A DNA stretch of 63,734 bases, the filler included, from Octopus bimaculoides (lineage: Eukaryota): NCBI RefSeq assembly GCF_001194135.2. It is 6 parts of 6 records of this genome, joined end to end, with 100 filler letters (N's around TTAATTAATTAA, not from the genome) between each part and the next. Parts side by side here need not be neighbours in the genome. Positions count along the whole stretch, not along the records: positions 31,645 to 43,814 come from NC_068988.1; positions 43,915 to 49,251 come from NC_068985.1; positions 49,352 to 60,127 come from NC_069001.1; 3 more parts are not named here. One strand, 5' to 3'. The notes beneath the pieces are model-generated. The model was not told where the DNA came from. It did not search any database and worked only from the letters and a program-made list of their open reading frames with translations. A program made the translations under genes and the position numbers. Every line of letters starts with the position of its first letter. The stretch's first letter is position 1. Of the stretch, positions 38,202-51,118 are shown piece by piece.

Positions 38202-39622
38202 AAGAGAGAGAGGGGGAGAGTGCAACACTGATAGATAGATAGATAGATAGATAGAAGCATACATACATAAATATATAGATACATAGATACATAGACGCAT
38301 CTTTTAAATACATGTGTGTGTGTATGTATGCATGGTAAAAATCAAATGTCTTCGTTTTGGCGCGCTAATGCCGGAAATATCTCTGCATAAAATGGTTACT
38401 GCGTAGCATATATCCAATTTGAGAACTTGGTTATGGTTAATCAAATTAAAACATAGGGTAAAGATCAGATATTGATTAATATCGATTTATTACCAGGAGA
38501 TATTTCCGGAATTNNNNNNNNNNNNNNNNNNNNNNNNNNNNNNNNNNNNNNNNNNNNNNNNNNNNNNNNNNNNNNNNNNNNNNNNNNNNNNNNNNNNNNN
38601 NNNNNNNNNNNNNNNNNNNNNNNNNNNNNNNNNNNNNNNNNNNNNNNNNNNNNNNNNNNNNNNNNNNNNNNNNNNNNNNNNNNNNNNNNNNNNNNNNNNN
38701 NNNNNNNNNNNNNNNNNNNNNNNNNNNNNNNNNNNNNNNNNNNNNNNNNNNNNNNNNNNNNNNNNNNNNNNNNNNNNNNNNNNNNNNNNNNNNNNNNNNN
38801 NNNNNNNNNNNNNNNNNNNNNNNNNNNNNNNNNNNNNNNNNNNNNNNNNNNNNNNNNNNNNNNNNNNNNNNNNNNNNNNNNNNNNNNNNNNNNNNNNNNN
38901 NNNNNNNNNNNNNNNNNNNNNNNNNNNNNNNNNNNNNNNNNNNNNNNNNNNNNNNNNNNNNNNNNNNNNNNNNNNNNNNNNNNNNNNNNNNNNNNNNNNN
39001 NNNNNNNNNNNNNNNNNNNNNNNNNNNNNNNNNNNNNNNNNNNNNNNNNNNNNNNNNNNNNNNNNNNNNNNNNNNNNNNNNNNNNNNNNNNNNNNNNNNN
39101 NNNNNNNNNNNNNNNNNNNNNNNNNNNNNNNNNNNNNNNNNNNNNNNNNNNNNNNNNNNNNNNNNNNNNNNNNNNNNNNNNNNNNNNNNNNNNNNNNNNN
39201 NNNNNNNNNNNNNNNNNNNNNNNNNNNNNNNNNNNNNNNNNNNNNNNNNNNNNNNNNNNNNNNNNNNNNNNNNNNNNNNNNNNNNNNNNNNNNNNNNNNN
39301 NNNNNNNNNNNNNNNNNNNNNNNNNNNNNNNNNNNNNNNNNNNNNNNNNNNNNNNNNNNNNNNNNNNNNNNNNNNNNNNNNNNNNNNNNNNNNNNNNNNN
39401 NNNNNNNNNNNNNNNNNNNNNNNNNNNNNNNNNNNNNNNNNNNNNNNNNNNNNNNNNNNNNNNNNNNNNNNNNNNNNNNNNNNNNNNNNNNNNNNNNNNN
39501 NNNNNNNNNNATATATGTATATATATCTGTATATGCACATATATACGTATGCATGTGTGAAAATATTCATATGCCTATATATATATATATATATATATAT
39601 ATGCAAGTATGTAGCTATTTGT

Positions 39623-39685
<63 letters not shown>

Positions 39686-42100
39686 ATAGCAAGGCGTGCT
39701 TACATGCAAATGACATGTAAATTTGCGGCAGTACTTTGCCTGTTCTGTCTTCATTGATGGCAGCACATATCATGTTAAAGCTTTATGTTTTATTTCTTTA
39801 TTGTTGTCATGATTCCCTGATCGGGCGGCTGTAGCTTTGAAGAGGTGTGAAATGGTAATAGCAAACACTTGACAACTTCATTTGGCTATTCTAATTGGCT
39901 GTCTTTATANNNNNNNNNNACACTCACACACACACACACATATACACATACAAATAGACAAAAATACATTGAGACAACTAACCAACCCGTTTTCCATGCA
40001 CATACTATATTCCTCGTTAATGTCATTGACACTTTGCCAAAATCACGAAACATTTTCAATGCTGTAATTCTTTACATGCAGCTCGAGGAAAACTAATTTC
40101 AACCTCCTCAGTTTCCTACCTACCTACCTACTTACCTACCTACCTACCTACCTACCTACCTACATACATACATACATACATATATGTATATATATCTATA
40201 TCTATAATTATATNNNNNNNNNNNNNNNNNNNNNNNNNNNNNNNNNNNNNNNNNNNNNNNNNNNNNNNNNNNNNNNNNNNNNNNNNNNNNNNNNNNNNNN
40301 NNNNNNNNNNNNNNNNNNNNNNNNNNNNNNNNNNNNNNNNNNNNNNNNNNNNNNNNNNNNNNNNNNNNNNNNNNNNNNNNNNNNNNNNNNNNNNNNNNNN
40401 NNNNNNNNNNNNNNNNNNNNNNNNNNNNNNNNNNNNNNNNNNNNNNNNNNNNNNNNNNNNNNNNNNNNNNNNNNNNNNNNNNNNNNNNNNNNNNNNNNNN
40501 NNNNNNNNNNNNNNNNNNNNNNNNNNNNNNNNNNNNNNNNNNNNNNNNNNNNNNNNNNNNNNNNNNNNNNNNNNNNNNNNNNNNNNNNNNNNNNNNNNNN
40601 NNNNNNNNNNNNNNNNNNNNNNNNNNNNNNNNNNNNNNNNNNNNNNNNNNNNNNNNNNNNNNNNNNNNNNNNNNNNNNNNNNNNNNNNNNNNNNNNNNNN
40701 NNNNNNNNNNNNNNNNNNNNNNNNNNNNNNNNNNNNNNNNNNNNNNNNNNNNNNNNNNNNNNNNNNNNNNNNNNNNNNNNNNNNNNNNNNNNNNNNNNNN
40801 NNNNNNNNNNNNNNNNNNNNNNNNNNNNNNNNNNNNNNNNNNNNNNNNNNNNNNNNNNNNNNNNNNNNNNCCCCCCCCCCCAAAAAAAAAACAACAACAA
40901 CAACAACAGAATTTAAAGGGCTAGAGCATCATAGTGCTGTGATCCTAGTCCTTTATGTTCTGGTAACGTAGTTCTTTGATAGACGCAAGACATTTGTCCT
41001 GTAATGCATGCTAAAACATTCCATTTTTATCAGCGTTATATAATTGTTGAAGTTCATGATTTGTAGCATCTGCCTGAATATTTCACGACGCCGTCACCAA
41101 CGGACTTCTGCTCTCCACGAACACTGAGTGGCATAATGTTGCGATGATCTTTGAAACACTGCAACCTGTCCAAAACAAGACATTATAATCAGACTCCTGT
41201 TGTCCAATTACTTCACTGGCGCGGTTCCGTTCTCGGAAACTGGCGGCTTTTCTTTGTAACATCAAGTTAAAGATGGCTATCTCTTTGCTGTGAAAAACCA
41301 CTAAAACGTGACTTAGCTGGGTTGTTTACCTGGAAAGGTAAACAACCTGAAAAGGTAAACAACTCAGCCAAGCCATGTGTTAGTGGCTGTCATCGATTTT
41401 CTTTGCAATGCGTATTAAGTGCCAATTTGGTTGATGAATTTCTCAATTACTCATCTTGCTTTCTCCATGTTGGACACTGTTACTTTCCGAACGTTATACT
41501 CCTGCGCAATATTCTATGCTTTCTCACCACGATACAGACTTTAGAAAATCTCGCTTTTATGATGTATACTTCTCTCCACAGCCTTGATATACGCAACAAA
41601 TTTGACTAATTGTAACAAATACATACCAAGTACAAAATTATAGATTGAAGGAAGACACACTCATCTTTCCAAGTTTTGGAATCCTTTAGACTGAAAGTAA
41701 TTTCAATTTGTTAAAAACGGTTTAAATATTGTTTAAAACGTCTGACTGATATTAAACTAACGAGTCGACCGACACATAATGTCTTCAGTAACAGCAATCA
41801 AAGGATGCGATCATGGAAACTGTCTGTAATACCTCTTTGAGGTGACATTTTTGTGATGCGGTGATTAGAATTTGCGATTTATTATTGTAAATAATATACA
41901 AAACGGTAGCAGCAGCATTTTTTTTATCATCTTCAGGGTATACAAAATATGGTTAATTAAACATTCAAGGGACCTCGACATCTTGTTTAGATATCTCCAA
42001 ATTTCGGATGACTGATGTTTAGATAACTGAGATTTGTAATGTGTATATATTTATAACTTAATATGCTATATGATACATAGACGAATGAAATCATTAGAAG

Positions 42101-42131
<31 letters not shown>

Positions 42132-42916
42132 NNNNNNNNNNATATATATATATATATATATATATATGCATTAGTAATTCATACATCTATATATGTGTGC
42201 GTGTTTGTGTGTGTATAAGAAAAACAGATAAAGCTATATTATGTTATAAGAATTGTGTTATTGAAATGATGTGCCAATAATCGAAGCTAATAGTATAGAT
42301 AAGTAGACTATTATGCACAGATATGGAACATTATTGCATATGCAGTCTATAAGCTTCATTTTACTGCACATTATTTCTATAACATCATTTATTTATTTAT
42401 TTATTTATTTTCTTTCTTTCTTACGTCATTCCCTAACACTGTGTAACACTACCATTTCAATTTTACTTCTCACTCTAGCGCCCTTTCAATGTACTATTTC
42501 TTCCACAATTTATCATCTCTTTATATTTTCAGCATGAAAAACATGTTCATTCTAAAGGCATGATCGTGACAGTGCAGAGAAAACAACCCGTGGTCTGACA
42601 AATGTATCGAGCCTCTCTGCGCGAACAAATGGCCTGATCTGCTTATATATGCTGGTCTTTCCAATGTATAACAACTGTTATAATGTCTAGATTAATTCAG
42701 ATAGGAATTAATTACAATAAATAATTAGAAATTGGGCAAAAAAGTCATAGTTTTAATCTAACATAATCTAACAATAGACAATATCGGACACGATGGTTCA
42801 GAGAAAACAACAGGGAAAGGAACGAAAGTTTTTTTCATCAAGATGTAATTGGTGACAGAGTTTGTAGTTATGGTTTTACATCTAACCAAGCTATTACTTT
42901 GTGAGAATGTGAACAT

Positions 42917-43017
<101 letters not shown>

Positions 43018-43319
43018 GGCGAAAGAGTAAATTACCAGTGTTATCTGCTGTAGTTCTTTTAAATTAGCATTGGTAGTTTATGTCGCAGAATCTAAACAAA
43101 AGCTAATAATCAAATAGTGACCGTTGCAAATACTCGGTGGCGTTCATTTCCATTCTTTTCCTACTTTCTGACTCGATGAAGAAGTTTATATGAAGGCTTG
43201 AGTAATTGTCAAACATTAACCTTGATGAGGCAGTGTAAAGCGAATGTCATCAGTTGATATAAGCACTCAATACACACACACATGCACGCACACATATATC
43301 CATCCATCCTGCCATCCAC

Positions 43320-43373
<54 letters not shown>

Positions 43374-43544
43374 TCACACACGCACATATATCCATCCATA
43401 CATCCACATACACACATATATATATATATATACTCACACACACACATACACACACGTGCATATCCGTGTGTGAGCATGTGGTACGGGTGTGTATGGCAGA
43501 GATAGCTATATAGAAATATATACAGAGAGAAAGAGGAAAGAAAA

Positions 43545-43580
<36 letters not shown>

Positions 43581-44094
43581 GAAAGCGAGAAAGAGGAAAG
43601 AGAGATAACAATGGTACTTGAAAGTGAGAAAGTGATAGAAAAACTTCAGATCAGGAATTTCCCTGAACGAATATAATGAGAAAGAAAAAACGGCTTCCAA
43701 TTACTGAATATAACACTGATATTCCCCCCACCCCCAACATTTTTCCTCCATCAATTGCTCGTTTTGTGCTCGCGTGTGCATACGTGTGAATGCATATACA
43801 ATCACAGATATATANNNNNNNNNNNNNNNNNNNNNNNNNNNNNNNNNNNNNNNNNNNNTTAATTAATTAANNNNNNNNNNNNNNNNNNNNNNNNNNNNNN
43901 NNNNNNNNNNNNNNATGGTTGAATTTTTGGAAATAAGGCTCTAAATAGAGCTATTTCCGATTTGAAAAATATATGTTCACGAAGTATTTTGTGTTATACA
44001 CAACTTATACAAAATTTTAAAACAAAATAGGTCTTTTAAGAGGTGAAAAATGCAACTTACATGGGAGCCGATGTGTCTACCGTCCGTCCATGAT

Positions 44095-44157
<63 letters not shown>

Positions 44158-44440
44158 TGACTAGGATGTTTCTGCCGAGTTATAATCTATCAAATTTACT
44201 CACAAGCTCACAAGATATTCATCGGACCCGGGGCTACAGTTGATGGCGTTTGCCCAAGTTGCCTAGCAGATGAACTAGACCAGATGACTGCAAAGCAACA
44301 TCCTTATCCACACAGTCATGCCTACGCCTATAAATTATTCAACATTCTCGGCTGAGAATCGAAATCTGGATCCCCTGAGACAGGCTGGATATTTATTATT
44401 ATATTAACGAGATTAAAAAAACAAAGAAAAAATATTCACA

Positions 44441-44497
44441 TGGCCAGCATCCAGCATGGGGATCGAACCGACGACATTCGCATTGTTAGCACGACAC
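44441..44497 (-). pseudogene. tRNA-Ile-like pseudogene, 3' two-thirds, with Pol III terminator
   Basis: GTCGTGCTAACAATGCGAATGTCGTCGGTTCGATCCCCATGCTGG[ATGCTGG]CCA followed by a T6 run about 8 nt downstream. Body matches eukaryotic tRNA-Ile(AAT); 7-bp internal duplication. Confidence 0.7.
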
Positions 44498-44678
44498 ACA
44501 AACGTTTGTCGACGTATCTCGATTCATCGAGATCGATGAACTTTGTGTACACACACACACACTCACATATATTGTCAATGTATCATATATCCGAATAAGA
44601 ATACACTCTAAAGTAGACACACACACACGTACACACGTACACACACACACACACACAATTATATATATGATATGTATA

Positions 44679-44737
44679 GATTCGAACCCACCGCATTCGC
44701 GTTGTTCGCACAACGCCCCAACCAACTGAGCTAACCT
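44679..44737 (-). pseudogene. tRNA-Ile-like pseudogene, 5' part to the T-loop
   Basis: GGTTAGCTCAGTTGGTTGGGGCGTTGTGCGAACAACGCGAATGCGGTGGGTTCGAATC, then microsatellite. Confidence 0.75.
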
Positions 44738-44959
44738 GTACACTATAATATGCAATAAAATTATGAACGCGGTCACGCCTAAATCTTTATGAATAACCTC
44801 CATGAAAGAAACACTGTTGGCACGTCATTAATTTATGTTGTGTGGGCGCATCTATGATAATCAAATTGCCCTATTATGTAACTTCGTCTGTGTGTGCGCG
44901 GGCGCACAATTGTGACTGAGTGTCAGCGAGCCTAATTAGTTTGCGGTTATTATCAATAA

Positions 44960-45180
44960 TTAAAGCAGCATGATAGCAGAAGCGTTAGCACGTTGAACAA
45001 AATGCTTAGCGGTATGGCTTCGAGTTTTATGCTCTGAGTTCAATTCCCGCTAAGGTCTACTTTCCTGTCAACCTTTCGGATTCGATAAAATAAACACCCG
45101 CTGGGCAATGACATCGATGTAGACAACAAGCCCCACCCTTCAAAATACCAGGCCTTACGTCTATAGTAGAAAATATATGC
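44960..45180 (+). mobile_element. SINE family A, old degenerate copy (paralogous to 48905-49115)
   Basis: GCAGAAGCGTTAGCACG..AAATGCTTAGCGG..CTGAGTTCAA..GGCCTT..TATAGTAGAAAA. Confidence 0.8.
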
Positions 45181-45253
45181 TTATTTAGCACTGTTGAAGA
45201 GTATCTCTTTTGGAAGTCATACGCTTATAGATACTGTATATAATTATGTAAAG

Positions 45254-45575
45254 CAGGGGTCGGGGAAGTTTTTTAACCAATTACCCCAAAATACATTTAT
45301 TTACGCTACGTTACCCCTTTGATTTGAAAGAAAGAAAATCATTGATTCTTTGAATTCAAAAAGGTTTATTGAATCTATTTTATTGAATCTATATGAACCT
45401 ATTTACGACGCCCATTACATTGGACAGATGCAGTGTTACTAGAAGAAAAATTTCTGTCGTAACAAGGAACGCGTTTCTTTATATAATTTTACTAATGTGT
45501 AACGAGTCTTTATTACCGACAAAAGTTTTATTTTTACCGCACTTCGGGTAATTTACCCCAGTTCACCGACCTCTG
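45254..45575. mobile_element. hAT MITE
   Basis: TIRs CAGGGGTCGGGGA / TCACCGACCTCTG; perfect 8-bp TSD ATGTAAAG (45246-45253 and 45576-45583). Confidence 0.92.
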
Positions 45576-46228
45576 ATGTAAAGGATAAATTTTCAGCTGA
45601 AGGGAAATAAGAATTTTATTCTATATAGAAGTCATTTCCCATAGATGATGTAACGTTTGACGTTGTTGATCAATGATGAACGAATTAAACGATACTTTAT
45701 TTATTTTTTAAATTTTTGTCCAGAGTTTATTAGGGAAAAATTATGCTTCTATACAATAATCATTTTATTGATATGTATGATGTTTAAATATATAGATATA
45801 AAATAGATATAATATCGATATTTTGAATAATGTTAATGGGAGTGCGCCCTTATAAAGTTGCTAACAGTGCTGTATGGAATGGAATTTACTGATATTACGA
45901 CTTTCCAAATTACTAAGAAACATAGAATGGACGCATTACAGGATGATAATGTAGTGAAACGAGCGTCGAAACATATGTGAGTGTCTCTCAGCTGTTTCAG
46001 ATAAAAATAAACCAAAGCATATTATAATCCTTTTTAATTCAGACTTTAATATTTATTTTACTACACAATCTTCTGTATTTTCTGAAGTCAACTGTACGGA
46101 CATGGTAGGTTATCACTTGAGAAACCCCAGGAACAGCTGTAAGACTTCAGATTCACCTTACCTTAATCAAATTATTATAAATGACTCGAGATACTCGTCT
46201 CGTTTTGGTTTTTGTTGTCCTTTTCCTG

Positions 46229-46265
<37 letters not shown>

Positions 46266-46328
46266 CACACATATATATGGAGTCGGCGAGAGAGAGAGAG
46301 AGAGCGGGAGAGCGATATTTAGAGAGGC

Positions 46329-46383
<55 letters not shown>

Positions 46384-48386
46384 TTCAAATATTCATTTAT
46401 TATTATATGGTGCTATCTAAATTTAAATTGCACAGTGTATAACCTTATGTGTATTACAGTATATTCAAAGGAAAACTCTGAAGAAGATTACTGTTATAGT
46501 CCGAATGTCATTTGGTTGCACTATGTAGAAGAATAGATCACAGAATCACACACACACATGCACGCGCGCGTATATGTATGTATGTATGTATGCATGCATG
46601 CATGCATGTATGTATGTATGCATGTATGTACAAATAAGTGTGTGCGTGAGTGTGCCCATGCGTATTTTTGTGCATGTAAATGTTAAATTCATTTATGCTT
46701 CCATTATTTTCTATGACTAACGCTCAACTTCATAACTGTATCTAATATAGTAACAAGACTTAATAAAAGTTCGATAACAAAGACCGTTGTAAAGTTTAGG
46801 TCAACTCCAACTTCATTCATTCAGCATCCTCACACACTGACTAAAACAAAGTAAAACTATGACATTGCTCACAAAACCCATTATTATTCCAGCGGTGTCT
46901 CTGACAGTGTTGCGATAATTCTACATCATCTCCTTAACAAATTCTTAAATTCTTTCATTGGCTCTAATTCCATTCAGAACCTTTACAGGAAGCACAAGTC
47001 AGATTGATGAGTTTTCTTAGTGCTCGTCACTCCATTTTGAGTGGTAGCCCAGCCAAGTTAATATATTTCAACAGGTTTTATTCTTTCTTTTATGAGGATT
47101 TCTAAAGGTAGGGAGTAACCATAGCACTCTTTCAAAGAGGACCACTTGATCATTGAAAGACCTTCGGTAGATGCCACTCTTCAGTTTTCTCAAAAACAAT
47201 CCCACTTTAGTCGCAAATATGCGACTTTCTAGCAAGCAGCTTCCAGCTTCTCGTGTATGCTACTTTCACCATTTATCCCTCGTCAATAGACTATTTCTTC
47301 TCATGTATAATGCCTTTGCTCCTGTTTTAGATGCGCATATAATCACAAGCAGAGACAGGATCTTTCTTATTCATTGCACCCTTCAACCAGTAGAACATTA
47401 AGTACACAACAGATTAAAAGGGAACGGGGTGATCTCTAACCAATGAATAGGAGCTAATCACTTTTATTATCTGAACTAATGGAAAGATATAATATCTATG
47501 AAATCTAATTCAGCAGTAAACCAAAATTCATCGATAATATCAAGGAATATCTCTTAGTGAAATGAGTAACAGATTAGGTTATCGTTGGACGAAAACAATT
47601 TCATAGTCGATGGGATTTTCGAAAGATTGGGATTGGGTGTAGACGTAGACCTCTTTTGAAGAGGACTGGTTGGTGTGTGCTCATGTATGTATACATCTGT
47701 CTGTCTGTCTCTCTGTTTGTCTGTCTCTATCTGTATATATATATATATNNNNNNNNNNNNNNNNNNNNNNNNNNNNNNNNNNNNNNNNNNNNNAAATACA
47801 AACTGTTTTTACTTCAAATTCTAAATTTTTATTAATATTTGATAAGATGAATTTCATCATCGAAACCGGTAACATTGTATATTTTCTATATATATATGTA
47901 AAAAAAGATTTTTTAATCATTTCATTAATTTCTTTCTAAATTAAAATGTCTTAAATTTACTTCTGTGCTGTTTCCACCTCGGTCTTTTATATATATAAAA
48001 AATGATTTGTATAGATCTCAAATCTTGTTTTCAACTATATATATATAAATGGAGCACAACGCATATAATCAATAAGTTCCTTTAATTCCTACATATCTTT
48101 CAAAAATTATGTGCACTCTACTCCAAAGAAGTAACAGGTGCTGGAATTGCACATAAATTCATCGTCAAGGAACCAACATACAAGAGCAAAACTTGCACTA
48201 AACGTTAAGGTTGCGTACGAGTTATAACATTATATAGCTTAGTCTATATATATATATATATACATATACATATACATATACATACACACACATATACATA
48301 CACCCACACAGACATATATGCGTGTGTATGTATCTATGCATACACAGACACACACACACACACATATACACACACGCACACACACA

Positions 48387-48446
<60 letters not shown>

Positions 48447-48554
48447 AGGAGAATACCTTCCCCTTGCAGTCAGTATTGTTTATAATAGAGTCGATTCATT
48501 GAGGTAAGCAACACTTTATATTTACACCGTCCCCAGCACACAGATACACATATA

Positions 48555-48613
48555 GAACTCGAACTCGCGCATTCACGTTATTGCTACGACGTTCCAACCA
48601 TCTGAGCCAACCA
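48555..48613 (-). pseudogene. tRNA-Ile-like pseudogene, 5' part (paralogue of 44679-44737)
   Basis: GGTTGGCTCAGATGGTTGGAACGTCGTAGCAATAACGTGAATGCGCGAGTTCGAG. Confidence 0.65.
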
Positions 48614-48771
48614 ACCACCTATTTAACTGAGTCGTATAATGAATGCAGCCGCACCTCAAAGTTTACGCATAAACCCAAGTTATATAAGAAAATAACAAGG
48701 CGGCACATCATTAATTTAAGTTGTGCAGGTGTATCTATAACAATACAATTCTAGTCTTATGTAACTTCCTC

Positions 48772-48809
<38 letters not shown>

Positions 48810-48904
48810 TGCGTGTGTGTGTGTGTGTGCGTGTGTGTGTGTGTGTGTACAGGAGTTAGTACGCACCAGCAAGCCAAATACGATGTAGTTATTACTAACA
48901 ATTA

Positions 48905-49115
48905 ATGCAGCGTGCTGGCAGAATCATAGCACGTCGGAGAAAAATGAAAGACGCATATCTTTCCAGCTGTAGGTCCTGGGTTCAAATGCCACCGTGATCA
49001 TATTTGCCTTTCAACATTTCAGATTCGATAAGATAAATACCAGCTAAGAAATGGGATTCAATAGCCCCTCCCCACAAAATTTCAGGCTTTGCGTCTATAG
49101 CAGAAAGAATTACCA
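48905..49115 (+). mobile_element. SINE family A, degenerate
   Basis: GCTGGCAGAATCATAGCACG..GGGTTCAAATG..ATAAATACCAG..CCCCTCCCCACAAAATTTCAGGC. Confidence 0.75.
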
Positions 49116-49725
49116 ACGTTTATTTAGCAGTATAGAAATGTATGTCCTTTCGAAGTTATTAAATTGTTAATACAATGTTTATTACCTTATAGCTGAAAGT
49201 TTCAGCATTGGGGAAGTAAAGAAGTATATCATATATATATATATATATATANNNNNNNNNNNNNNNNNNNNNNNNNNNNNNNNNNNNNNNNNNNNTTAAT
49301 TAATTAANNNNNNNNNNNNNNNNNNNNNNNNNNNNNNNNNNNNNNNNNNNNTAAAAAAATCAACGTTGTATCATACTTGATATATTAGATATTCCGAGTA
49401 TCACAAAATCTCCCCACCATAAAGGCCACGTGACCGGAGTTTATCAATCCACCAGCCTGTGTAGATGTGAGATTCTACTAATCCCAACCACAAACCCTCT
49501 TTTGGCTTGAGATATTTCGGCGAGTCTCTACAATCTCCACATTGCCTGCTCTATTCCATAATATCTAGGGTACGTAGGCTTTAGTAAAAGGAGTAATTTC
49601 CAAGATATCAACTGCCCGCCCCAACCTCTTCCTTTTCTCCGCTCTCTCCATTATCGAAAATCTCTACAACGCCATCTACAATCTTTATTTTGCTATATCA
49701 TTATAATATATATAAATCAATTCCT

Positions 49726-49905
49726 GGCGCAGGCGTGGCTGTCTGGTAAGGTGTTTGCTTCCCAACCACACGGTTCCGGGTTTAGTCCCACTCTGTGGCC
49801 CATCTGGCAACTTAAGTGTCTTCAACTATAGCCTCGGGCTGGCCAAAGTTTTGTGTGTGGATTTGATTGATGGAAACTGAGAGAAGCCCATCGTATATCT
49901 ATATG
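49726..49905 (+). mobile_element. SINE family B, 5' half
   Basis: GGCGCAGGCGTGGCTGTCTGGTAAG..GAAACTGAGAGAAGCCCATCG. Further partial copies at about 44165-44330 (-), 51160-51375 (+), 54960-55030 (+) and 59090-59174 (-). Confidence 0.85.
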
Positions 49906-49914
49906 ATCTCATAA

Positions 49915-50450
49915 CAGTAATGTACTAACAAAATGCAACATATCAGGTATTGAAGCCATCCTCAGGAAAATACAACTTAGATGGTTAGGTCATCTCTCAC
50001 GTATAAGTGACATCAGAACTCCGAAGCAAATTCGCTTTGGCCAATTTCCAAAAAGAAGGTCAGCTGGAAGGCTACTCTTGCGCTTCAAAGACAAACTAAA
50101 AGACAATCTCAAGCGATGCAGCATTTCCTTTCCTGGCTGGAAAAACAAAGCATCAAAACGTAGGACCTGGCACCAGTCCTGCTTCTTCTCAGTTCAAAGA
50201 TTTGAGCAAAGTCGATTTCAATATCGGAACCAACTTCTTGCGAGCATAAAGGCAGGCTGGTAAGACGCTGCTCCTCTAAATGAAGACCTTACCTGCACGA
50301 AGCAAAGCAGGCTTTGCCGTCCACTCCAGAAAACACTCCACAAACACTTAAGTAAACTCAGTCCTCAAATTGTTCCATTTGCCAAAAGCTTTGCAAGGCA
50401 CCAGCAGACCTCAAAAGAAACATTCGTGTCCATAGAAAATTATTAACGCT
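49915..50450 (+). mobile_element. RTE-clade LINE C-terminal fragment
   Basis: SGIEAILRKIQLRWLGHLSRISDIRTPKQI..RFKDKLKDNLKRC..RRTW; downstream C2H2-like CPFAKSFARH / HRK remnant. Confidence 0.85.
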
Positions 50451-50659
50451 GTCTGTAGTTTAATGAACTTTCATTTGTTGTTTATGATGAGAGAATCCAT
50501 CGTCTCTTCTCAAAGCTCGTTTTTCCAGCGTTCAGCACTTCACATCGTCTTGGGTTAACAGCCCTCACCGTTTGTTTTTACTGTTTTGTTCTTACTGTCC
50601 TGCTTTTGTTACCACTTTAACCCTCTTCAAAAAATCCCAAATTTTATTTAATTTGCTTT

Positions 50660-50900
50660 GCGGGAACGACTGTTTTAACGAAGTCGAGTTTTGTCCCTAC
50701 CTCCGAAACGCGGAGTAGATAAAACAGGGGACAACTGATGAAGGGAATGTTCTTCATGTTGCCTGTCTCATTTCTCTATTTGTTTCTTTCGTTGTTGGAA
50801 AAAAGTTCGTTTTCTATGTTTCTGTTTTTTATGTTCTCGTTTCTCATTTTGTCGACGTGTTTTTTATGTCCTGTACCCATATATGCATGTATAAATACAT
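50660..50900 (+). repeat. Repeat family P copy
   Basis: GTTTTAACGAAG..CCGAAACGCGGAGTA..ACAACTGATGAAGGGA..GTCCTGTACCCATATATGC. Confidence 0.6.
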
Positions 50901-51084
50901 ATATATGTAGGTATGTACATATATGCATGTTTATATGCATATATTTATATATTATTCATATCATTATATGATTGAACGCCACGCATCCGTTTTCAAGTAA
51001 GTTTTATCTATGTGTATATATNNNNNNNNNNNNNNNNNNNNNNNNNNNNNNNNNNNNNNNNNNNNNNNNNNNNNNNNNNNNNNN

Positions 51085-51118
<34 letters not shown>

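Noticed and set aside
46474-46520. CTGAAGA-AGATTA..TAGTC-CGAATGTC hammerhead relic (similar at 43222-43252)
   Set aside because: GAAA is incomplete and stem I does not pair; at best a dead relic.
46880-47450. Coding-like block (also 4270-4700, 14700-15000, 26050-26470)
   Set aside because: Possibly decayed transposon ORFs, but multiple stops and no motif I can assign.
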